Part shown: one piece after another, positions 52,959-64,000 of the stretch | How positions within the stretch are numbered: the first letter of the stretch is position 1 | Layout of the letters: the number at the start of each line of letters is the position of its first letter | Assembly: GCF_001194135.2 (NCBI RefSeq) | Contig: NC_068999.1 | Location: forward strand, 17,695,572 to 17,759,571 | DNA length: 64,000 bases | Origin: Octopus bimaculoides | Taxonomy: Eukaryota | Reading direction: 5' to 3' | Notes under the pieces: generated by a model | What the model was told of the DNA's origin: nothing | The model's database searches: none | The model's input: only the letters and a program-made list of their open reading frames with translations | Made by a program: the position numbers and the translations under genes

Positions 52959-53326
52959 CCCAAATATGCTTCAACACACTCACTTGCACGAAGGATTATA
53001 TATAAATGAATCTGTGCCGTTAATAATTAATTTCTTCATAGAGTTAAAGGTCTCACTACAGATTTGTCATTTTTAGATTCTAGGAAACCGAGATTTGTAC
53101 ATATCTGAACAATACAACTATTACCATAATGGAAGAAGGAAAAGCAAACACAGAGGATCAGAGACGGAAAGGGAATATTCTACCCGAGGGCAAGATAATT
53201 TATTCATCCACTTCAAAATAGTACAACCCAAAGTTGATCTTAGCAGAATTGTAATCTAGAGTACAAAGAACAAGAATTATTTTAGCCATGCCCTGTATCC
53301 TATTCTCTAAATAACTCTCTCTCTCC

Positions 53327-53363
<37 letters not shown>

Positions 53364-53985
53364 ACACAAACACACTCGAGTAAACACACACATACACACA
53401 TATCTGTGTGTGTATGTGTGTTTGCTTGTATGATTATGTGTACTCAATTTGTCGGAGATCATCGTAAAATAAATGAATGTGCCTCATACGATATTAAATC
53501 ACTTAATTCGCTGAAAATAATGATAAACGCCGGTACGGAGCCAAACCATACACATACCCATTATGATTAAAGACAATTTAGCGAACACGATTAAATCCCT
53601 CTAGATGTATTTCATAGCTACATTTTCTATCAAATAATTTTATTACGAATTTGTATTGGTGACTACAGTGACACATACAATATACTGTATTAGCGAGACT
53701 GATTTAATTAAATGTTGAAAATCATTAAATTAAATAAGATCAGACGTTAGATCCGCTCTTCAGTAGATTAGGTTTAATATTAAGCTAACCTCTACGGATG
53801 TAGCAACAGATTGACAATCTGGAAATCCTCGCATTCTGAATGCTAACTAAAATTATGATCGAAAGAACGATGCAATTTTGGTATTTCATCAATTGATAGA
53901 TAATTCATCTTAAATTTCCACTATATTTTACTTACCAACGCAATACGAATTAAGGATCATGCAACGGAATACAAGTATTTGATTA

Positions 53986-54049
53986 TACATACATACATAC
54001 ATACATACATACATACATAAATACATACATGCATACATACATACATACA

Positions 54050-54078
<29 letters not shown>
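53986..54078. repeat. (TACA)n microsatellite
   Basis: Directly visible. A similar array lies at 34765-34830. Confidence 0.95.
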
Positions 54079-54080
<2 letters not shown>

Positions 54081-55219
54081 CTATCTGTCTATATAAAACG
54101 TAGAGCGAGAGAGAGAGAGATTCATACATACATCTATACATATATACGTACATCTATGTTGGAAATGTATATTTATCCATTCACTTAAACACACATACAT
54201 GCATAAATAGATCTGTGCATGTAGATATACACAAACATAATTACTTCTAAATTAGCGCAACGCTACATTGTAGCCTAATCTTTAAAAAGAACTGCATGTA
54301 GCTATCAGAAAGCGATTCCTTAAGACGCAATCCACACCATGGAAAAAGGTATAGCCACTGAGTTGGCTATCCACGTATGGAGCTTGAAAACCTGCCTATA
54401 CTCAGATATACATACACAGATATGCATACATATATGCACATATATACGTTTTTGAATAGAAATTTATAGATGTGTAATTATGCATATACGCACACAAACA
54501 TACATATAATCACACAAACATCTATTCTATAAAAGCTTTGTTACAAAATATATTTCTCTTTAAATGCAGGCAAGAAGTATGAAATTTGATAATGTGTACA
54601 GATACCTGCCTATTCAGCTGCCCGATACAAAAGCCATTTCACCGTGTCCGCATTTCAATGTTCTTAGAGTGACAGATATTTATTAGTTTGCTGTTCTTTA
54701 ATATGTGAGGAAGTAACACTTTGAGAGACAAAATCGATCACAGTTTGAACTCTTGAAAGGGATTATCAAAGGGATTACCATTTCCTGCGTCTTGTTTTAA
54801 TTCGACTACTTTAAACTTCATGGCTGCGTTTGGTAACTTGTTTGTATGATACTCGATCAAACGGGGGCACACATACTGCCCTTTATATTCTATTCAATGC
54901 TGTATCTTTGATAAATAAGGAGGTTTCTCTAAGGCATTTTTTTCCATAGACTCGAAGCTTTGGAATGCATCCGTGTTCCAAATGAATTAAATAGCTTAGA
55001 TCATTCTACTACTAAATGACGAACGAGCGTCTCCTCTTACAATAGTTTTGCTACCCTGACTTCAACACCGCTTTAACATATATTTCTGCAAGATATAAGA
55101 CAAGATTTTGATAATACCTCCCCTAAAAACGATCCAAATTATAGGTGCTTATTAAGATTGATTCGATTCTTTTAATATCTAAATTTTTAAATTTATTTTT
55201 AATATTATTCGGCATGAAC

Positions 55220-55900
55220 GTGAAATAATTCTATTTTGGTGGATCTCGAAACGTTGACCAAGAAATGTTTGATTTTATTTGCGATGAATTTCGCATATCT
55301 GCCCAATAAGTTGCAATGACATTTCAACATAGACACACTTCTCAAATTTGTATGATATACAGTGTTGTATGGCAATCATTAGTAGGATTTCAATGGCGGG
55401 GTCCATAAAGAATGGCATCCTTACTAAGATTATTGTCAGACTGAACATGTTACAATGAAATCTTATCCAACAGCACATGAAGGTCTTTTTCATCTGTGCC
55501 ACAATTTCAATATCATCAACCTACAGAAATTATCTTTTCAGGAAAAGAGATATGTGCGCTTTAAAATGTTTTATTCATTTAACAGTTGTTTGGTAGTACA
55601 TATAAATAACTTCAAAGCAATCTCTGAAGAAATTGAGAAAGTATCTATAGTGAAACATATGATAAATAGAATGGAACTTATTACATCACCATGCTCTACC
55701 CCAACATTAATTAAATAAAAAGAAAAAAAATTGAAAATTGTCCATCATTTGTTACACAAGATATCATATCTTCATGAAATGTCTTGATATTTCTGCATTT
55801 ATCAAGACAATCATCTTTCCTGACAAATTCTGATAACGCATCACGATTCACTGAACTAAAGATTCACTGTGTTCAATGAAGCAATGATAGAGGTCATAAT
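55220..55900 (-). mobile_element. Degenerate RTE-clade LINE reverse transcriptase fragment
   Basis: SVNRDALSEFVRKDDCLDKCRNIKTFHEDMISCV, INVGVEHGDVISSILFII, L*VDDIEIVA, CNMFSLTI and VSRSTKIELF correspond to RT motifs GVxQG, YADD and downstream RTE blocks. Confidence 0.75.
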
Positions 55901-58900
55901 TACATACGCTGGTATTCATGTACAACATGAACCCTTCACTTTCCGATACAAATCATGAGTAATAACAATATTCCATCCTATATATTCACGAAAAAGAAAA
56001 GAAACTTATTAAACGTTCTTCCTTTCTGTTATACGCTCGGAATTGTATTCATATGGAGCAGTGTATCATTTTGCTTCTGGTTAAATAATTTCGTATCATA
56101 CACATCGTAATATATAAAACATTATATACTGAAGTTTGAAAGATGGTCTAACTGAAATCTTCAAATACGTTTTTGATGATGTGACATTTAGAATATCCAC
56201 TGATGTTTGAAAATTCCGTGTTTCGTTCTTTAGCAAGTTTCTGTTACTAAATATCTATTAAGATATAAAGCTGTCTTTTTGACGTTAACCTCAATTTAAA
56301 CATTTTTGCTTTCAAGTCAGATTTAAATACTGTGTGTATAAGACCGTAAAGGTTATCACGAATGAAGGCAAATAATTTTTTGTTGCATTTTTTAAAACTA
56401 AAGACAAGGAAAGAAATATATGTCCTCTACAATAATAGATTGAAAAGAATCAAAATTTGCAAGCGTCAAGATATCCCTAATTGTTTTCCAAAGATAGTGT
56501 CAAAGTCGAATATTTTCCTTGTTCAATTTATCTGATCATATATGAATATATGTGTATGTATATGTATGTATCTTTGTTTTTGCGTTGTACTTGTCTTTCA
56601 TCTTTTAACTCTATTCTTCTCTGTTCTTATCGCAACTTCGCTTCTGCTGTTATATCAGCGAGAAATAAAGAAAGGTATTAAGAATATACCATTAATATAC
56701 ACAATGGCTCAATGATGTACAGTCTGTATAAAGATATTCACGAAGAATTCCAGTTAAGAGATAGACGTCATGACAGAAACAGAAAGTCAGCTGTACAATA
56801 TAATTTATACATAAACGGAAACATGATAAATGGCACACACACATAAATATATGCATGCATATGCCTACACAAGCATGCATATACGTATAAAAAGAACACA
56901 TTCAGCGTGTTTATGGGCGATCATTAATAGTAAAGCGTAGAGCAGCTATCCACGTACTTAATCCATTTCACTGTTCCTCACCGGTTGCAATTTAGGCTGA
57001 AGTAATTTCTCTCACGTATGTGCATGGAGGTGAATGCGTATATTTTCGCATTCGAATAAATAGCCACCTTGAAGTACAGAAAACAAATCACTGTCATTAT
57101 ATTACATTCCACAGATTAGTTTATTCACATTATGAAATTTGAGTTCGTGATAAGTCGATATTGCCTGCTATTTCCCCTAAATGACGGATCATTATTATTG
57201 TTGTCGCTATTTTGCTACAGAAAAATACAAGATCGAGTAAATCTATTATAATAAGCGTCTCAGCGGTGAACATCTAGGTTTTCTTACATAACTGTAATTT
57301 TATTGCCCCTTCAACGTTTTCTGATGTGAGGTTATGCATGGAATATAACATTGTTGTTATTTATAGGCAGTCCATCGACAGCAAAAGCCTCTTTCATTTC
57401 CATATGTACTGAAGAATGAAATCAGGCTGATAGATTTTGGAGTTCCACCAACAGCGTAGGATTTCAATCGTTAGTTCTTATGATAAAGATCGGTTATACA
57501 CATTGTTTGAATATATAACTTCCTTTCTCGTAAAAATCTGCAGTCATTTAGCATGGTTTGTGACACATATATACTATATAAAGGTAAACAATATTACAAA
57601 TTTTGGTAAAAGGGAATTTACACACTCAAAGGTCGGATTGAGAAAATCGTTACATAGTGTAATAGAATGTATTTTAACTTAATATCTGGTTTTCTGTACT
57701 CGGAATTCAAACTCTACAGAGGATTTTGGGGTGAAAAAATATAGCAGAAACCCTGCACTTGCGTATTAATAAAATTGTCAAGCATCAGACAACTTAAATA
57801 CCGGGATATATCTTGCATGTTTACGCTCTCATGGCAACGCCTAGAACGACACTAGTATCAAGCTGTTTCATTTCTTGATTTACATTTGAAAATCTGTGCT
57901 GGTATGGAGAGAGAGAAATGTTACGTAGTTACGATAATATTGATTTTCTATAAAGTAAAATCTTGCGCAGACCCACATACACTGTTGGGGCACCTTTTCG
58001 AAGAAACGTGTCATAAGGGTTACCCTCGCCAGGATAAAAGGTATAGAAGCGATGATCATGATATTTTGTTTTCACATGCTGTATAAAGATTCCTGAGTTC
58101 AAATGACTTCAAGTTCATTTTTTGTTGTTCATCGATATGGAGCGATAATAACTAGAAACATGTTGAGTTCCTGTGAAGTTGACTCCACAAGGTGCAACAA
58201 TTTGGAAGTTCTGATTGCGAATACGCTGTCCCATTAGAAACTATAAATTTAAAATGTGTAAATGCTAGTACTACATTATAATTGAATGTACGAATCTCAT
58301 TGGTGTAGTCATTTATTTACTTGTAGCACTGGATAATATAATATTGCAATTTTCTCACAAAACTTAGTGTGTTAATTGAGAATGATATGGCGGTTGCATC
58401 TATGAAGTTAAGTAAAAATATGCTGGCCGTTTCATTGACCAGGTATGAAACGCATTATAGAGAAGAACTGTACGACAAATAGTATCACAATATAGCCTCT
58501 AGCGCTGGATAATAATATCTGCTAGAAATACTGATTTGCTAAGATCAGAAAATCTTCAACAGAAACCACCGAAAATAGATATTGAAGTGCACTATGTGGT
58601 AATTGGAAAGAAGCAATGTGACTACCGGCTACACGTTGTTGGAATTGGGACTTACCCATGCTGGAATGTGTGCAATAATTATGGAATGTATATAGAGAGA
58701 TTAGGAACCGAGTAGATATTGTTTTCGAGAAACACACAAACGCGAAAAAACTACCACTAATCGACATATCAGTTTCGATAGATGGTAATGTTCTCTAAAA
58801 TATTTGTAAAACTCTTGGTGCACTAAGATCCCTAAATAGATATTAAAAGAATGTTAGGCCTGTAGGCAGAAACAATCCTGAAAGTAGCAGATTTTTTGGA

Positions 58901-59201
58901 AATTATCTAAAGACAAGTGGAGAGATACATCATTCAAACACCAGGACTTATGAATATATTTGCTCTGCTAAGCACATACTTTAAGTATGGTCTTTTCAGT
59001 ACAGTTAAAGTAAAGTCACAAAACGAAGTACAGGTTACACTCGATTGAATCGAAACTGGTTCATGAGTGATTGATATAGTAAATTTAGAGAAAGCGTGTC
59101 AAACTAACATAAGGCTCTGAAAATTCAGGAAATCATGAACAAATAATAGCAATAATGCTGATTGTAGCAGTGGTGTTGAAATAGCGGCAGGATAAACAAT
59201 T

Positions 59202-59263
<62 letters not shown>
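59202..59263. repeat. (GTA)n microsatellite
   Basis: Directly visible. Confidence 0.95.
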
Positions 59264-59571
59264 TATTGTTGTTGTCGTTGCTATTTTCGGTTGTAGTACA
59301 TAAGGATGGGGAGTTTCAAGGTGGCATTTGCAAGAAAAGTAACACTTACAAGACAGGCGAGACAAGCAAGACAGCATGATGTTGATAAATATGATGGCAA
59401 ATGCGGTGATGAAGGTTGTGATGATTATAATGATGATGATGATGAAGATAAGGAAAATATCAAGACTTCGTGATCATAATGATGCTGATACCGAACATGA
59501 TGATAAAACGTATTAGCTATATTTAAGAATTTTTTTCAGCATTTCTATATATTTTAAGCCATTTTGTCTTG

Positions 59572-59602
<31 letters not shown>

Positions 59603-60100
59603 ATAGAATACAACCCAAGATAACAAGATTCTCTTTTTTGTTCTTCATTTATTCATTCTTGCATTTCCGAATATTTCTGACTGACAGATAAAGTCTGATA
59701 CTATTGGTAAATATAGAAAATTCTAAGATTTCCTTAACCTATTCATCTGTCATTTTTCACAGAATCTTAACTCACTATGACTGCTGCAAAATTCATGTTC
59801 AATAGAAAATAGCAGAAATAATTAAAAATTCACAAGGTTTAAACCATGCTAAAACTTGGGGGATGTTTGCATTTGTACATACACATGCGTGAGTGTGCAT
59901 GTGACGGGGTTAGTAACAGAGTTTACATTCTAAGAATAACCAATAAGGCAATAGTAAATGTTCATTTGATTTATATGACACTCCCCTTTATACAGATATT
60001 GCTCTATCATTTGGTTTTCTAACTTCCGTGCCGTCTGAATATTATCCTTTGTTTTTGCATCTTTGCAACGTTCATACAGCCAAGGACATAGTCTGATCAA

Positions 60101-60139
<39 letters not shown>

Positions 60140-60214
60140 TATATAGATACATACATACACACGTGTGCGTGTGTGTGTTCGCGTGCTTTTATGTCTGTCT
60201 GTGTCGTTGTTGTT

Positions 60215-60330
60215 GTTGGTGACGTTATATAAAATGCCATAAATTTTCGACAGAACGTGAAATAGTTTTCTTTTCGTGGATCTCGAAACACATTCATAAT
60301 GGTATATATAAGGCATGTCAATATAGAGAA
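60215..60330 (-). mobile_element. Small RTE-like fragment related to 55220-55260
   Basis: GAACGTGAAATA...GTGGATCTCGAAAC is shared with 55217-55253; translates VSRSTKRKLFHV. Confidence 0.5.
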
Positions 60331-60489
60331 GAAGAAAAAAAACACCTTTGCTGAGAAGTCGAAAGCCGCCACTGCTTCAACATAATATTTGCAATTTATT
60401 ATTTATAGCTTTGTGGGGTTGATTCGACTTATTCCAAGGAAGAATTATACATTAATATACATATATAAACTTAGATAAAACTGAGATGT

Positions 60490-61027
60490 TTCGACCAGAG
60501 TTTGGTCGAGGTCATGTCTAACTTAATAGCACCGCCTGATAGGATTATCTAAATCCTTTTTAAGTCAGGTTTTGTGGTATTATGGTCCATTCAAGTAGTG
60601 AGTTCTTGTTGAGTGAGTTGTATTCAGGTACAGGTAGCTTATCTGGTATTCCGTGAAGAAATTTGTCCAGACTCCGTTTAAAGGGATCCTTTTCCTCTTT
60701 GATCAGTTTTGGGACAATGTTAAACAAGGCAAGGCGTGTTGAAAAACAGAATTTGCGTCGCAGTGTACCTATATGTTGTGATCTTGAATTGTGCAGGGGA
60801 CGTATGGCCCGTGGTCTCAGCATTGGATGAACCTTGAAACTAATGTTCAGGTTGTTTGGGTAATGCTGGCGGTATATTCACTACATCGTGCAAATGTATC
60901 GCTCCCGGCGACGCTGTAGAGAATAGAGTTTCAAGGCTTTAAGGCGGTCCCAGTAATCGAGATTAGTCATGCCTTCAATTTTTTTAGTGAGTGCCCTCTA
61001 GTGTGATTCAATGATCGAGATGTTTTG
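60490..61027 (-). mobile_element. 5'-truncated CR1/Jockey-group LINE, ORF2 C-terminus and 3' UTR
   Basis: IIESH*RALTKKIEGMTNLDYWDRLKALKLYSLQRRRERYI...LFNIVPK...FKRSLDKFLHGIPDKLPVPEY...NSLLEW fits the Y.ERL..L.LYSL.RRR.R and FK..LD.FL motifs; stop codon near 60560. Confidence 0.85.
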
Positions 61028-61119
61028 TTTTGTATGGGGAGACTTCAAGGGGCAGCAGTATTCGAGTTGTGGCCGTACAAAGGAAGAGAAAAGTGGAAAG
61101 ATATATATGTGTATTATTT

Positions 61120-61345
61120 TACTTCTTTCAGTCATTTGACTGCGGCCATCCTGGATCACAGACTTCAGGCGTTTTTAGTCGAAGAAATCGACCCCAAGAT
61201 ATATTTTTAAAGTCTAGTACTTATTCTATCCGGGTCATAATAGAAGTGACGAACCTCAAAAAATAGGACTGAACCTACAAATAGAACGCTAGGCAACGGA
61301 ACTGAACCGAAAACAAATGGATGCAACGAAAGCGCCTTAACCACA
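61120..61345 (-). mobile_element. SINE family B, internally deleted
   Basis: TTTCAGTCATTTGACTGCGGCCATCCTGGA...TAGTCGAAGAAATCGACCCC...CTAGTACTTATTCTATC, with a head remnant GGAACTGAACC...CCTTAACCACAC. Confidence 0.8.
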
Positions 61346-61372
61346 CTGAGTTACAAAATATTTCACTTTATT

Positions 61373-61405
<33 letters not shown>

Positions 61406-61779
61406 CTGTCTGTCTGTCTGTCTGTATGTGTGTCTGTGTGAGTGCGCAAACGAGCGCACACTCTGTGTATATATATTTGTAGGTTTTGTATATATTATTG
61501 GATAGCCTCTAGTTATTACATTCAATATAGTGTTTTAGTTTATTCTAGCTTATTTTATTTCGATGTTCTCAAAATATCGAACATTCTCGATTCATTTATA
61601 ACGGTGCAGCGATAAAATATATTGATAGACTTAATAAACAGTAGTTGCACTTACTCACACACAGAAATGCACATTCACACACACAAGTATATATCCATAC
61701 AGATTGAGAGAAATCGAGAACAGTAGCGAGAGACATATACACGCACACATGCACACACATATATACATATAATAATACT

Positions 61780-61873
<94 letters not shown>

Positions 61874-63847
61874 GAATCATAATTACCTCTATATCTATCT
61901 ATCGACACACACACACACACACATACACACACACACATACACATACACACACACACACATATATGCTGAAAATAGAGTGATAGAGTGAATTGAAAAAGGC
62001 ATAGAAGAATAACTGAATATAGCAAGGCAGAACAAGTCAAATTGAGAACTTAGTGTCACATATTTATATTTAGGTGATGTATACAACGACAGCTTCTTAA
62101 AGAAGTGACTTTCCTTTTGTTTGCTCAAGTTATTTTAAAATCCATTTATAGAAGCGACATTAACTGCATGCTATTTTGGTTTTATTTGAGAATTCTCAAA
62201 TAAAGTGTCTTAAATACCAGTGGCTATCTTATTATATTTTATAATATTCAAGTGTCCAATAGAAAAGTCGATACTGAACCGATATAATGGCTATGTAGGT
62301 GGACGTTTATGTTTAACCCAAAATTAAACAGAATATTTCTAGTTATTGAAATATTTTAATATATAGATAGTATTTATACTTAACCTATTTCAAAATTGTC
62401 AGTATATGTGACGTATAAACAGAACTTCAACGTGTTCACCCTTATTACTAGAAATAATGGTTGAATCTCTTTCACTTTGGATAATTTTGTGTTGTTTTAC
62501 TATAGAAATGTGTATCGCGTGTCATATGAAAGAATATGAGAAAATTACTCGTAAAATATCTTCTGCTTACACCATCTACTTCCAATTTGTGTTGCTTATG
62601 AAACATAACCAAATTTTAAAACTACAGCCTTAACTTCATCGCGAAATATTACGGGGTTGATATATTCATTGTGATTGTTTAAACTTTGGCAGACTCGACT
62701 ACGGGTATATATGATCAAAAGCTCGCATGAAACATCCAGGGTGATTTATGTGGGATATGGTCGTTCATAGGGATTATGAATTTATATTCGACGTATAAAC
62801 AGACTTAGTAATAAAGGATTTAAAGAATATTTAAAAATTATTAGTGAAGTTGAACATCACTGATTCTTTGCCAATGTCCCGAATAATGTTCATTTATAAA
62901 TACTAGGCTTTTTTCAGTAATTTGCTCAAACATTTTGAGTAAGGACATTAGTAGCACACAAATAACTAAAGAAAGGCTGGACGAGATTTGATATGGAAAG
63001 ATCAAATGTGCACAGAGTTCATTTGAGCTGCTATCATCGTTACCTATTTGTATTGTTACTCATTACAGATACAATCCTAAATCAGAGAAATTTATTGAAG
63101 TGACTGTAACCGCAACAATAATTAAATATATATTCGCTGGTTGTAATAAAAATGAAAACGATTAGCATTTTGTTCACATGTAAACAAATATTTTACTCGC
63201 CCATCGAATGGCATGTGTCCTTCATATTAGACAGTTCAAGACAACCAAACTTACAGACAAGTAGGACTTCTTCGTTCTAACCTATATAAAACCGGGGCAG
63301 AAATAGAGGTTTTGAAGAGTAAAATATATTCATTTTATTGGAATAAAGTGTACCCAGAATTGTGAAGGAAAAATTTTAAAATCTGATTTACATTTTATAA
63401 AAAGTAGCATGTGATTTTGTGGGGAAATTTGCCGTTAATTCAAGCTGTTGTGAATAAAACTGTATATAATTAGTTTCTGCCCGACTTTCAGAATTTCAAT
63501 GAATTTACTTATCTGTAGGGACTGATCAAATTTGAAATAATATTTTACCCAGTCTACTATGTATATTTCTGTAATCAGCATTGGGAATACAATAAAATAA
63601 ATTATTAGTGAAACTGCTATTGGCTTCCTAAATTATTCCTAACTAGCAGCTTAATTATTTGCGTGATTTCTTTGTTTTGTCGAAAATGGTTACTGATGTA
63701 TGACAAAGATGTATGATTATGAAAATATGTATAACAAAGAATGCATAACGCGTTGTTACTCCTCACACAAAGTATCAGCAGTGAAATAAGGCCCGAGTGA
63801 ATGGAATCAATTATTATTTCAATTTATGGCCGCAGATCTAAGCTGAA

Positions 63848-63897
<50 letters not shown>

Positions 63898-64000
63898 TAG
63901 TCAACTAAATAACCTATTCCTGAATAAAGAGTGTATGTGGCTGGGTATTCCAAAATATTTAATTTACAAGATATTACTGAAGACGCAATGCTGTGGAAAG

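Overview
AT-rich, microsatellite-dense eukaryotic scaffold with 16 N-gaps and no long ORF. The SINE families and repeat load look like an octopod cephalopod draft assembly (inference, not verified). No nameable host gene, rRNA, true tRNA gene or CRISPR array was found. What can be supported is a mosaic of decayed mobile elements: about 19 tRNA-derived SINE copies in three families (working labels A, B, C); remnants of RTE, R4/Dong (RLE) and CR1-like LINEs; an internally deleted Helitron that keeps its 3' end; and an Illumina adapter remnant beside a gap. Most interesting: (1) a tRNA-headed element with an internal (AAT)n tract and a degenerate hammerhead-ribozyme-like 3' module, present as a head-to-head pair; (2) a second inverted-repeat element with a hammerhead-like core; (3) an RTE copy with a twin-priming-type 5' inversion; (4) two R4/Dong lineages sitting in different microsatellites, (TAA)n and (TACA)n. 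Several short minus-strand exon-like segments hint at an uncharacterised spliced gene, but this is low confidence. Nearly all ORFs in the supplied track come from gaps or microsatellites.
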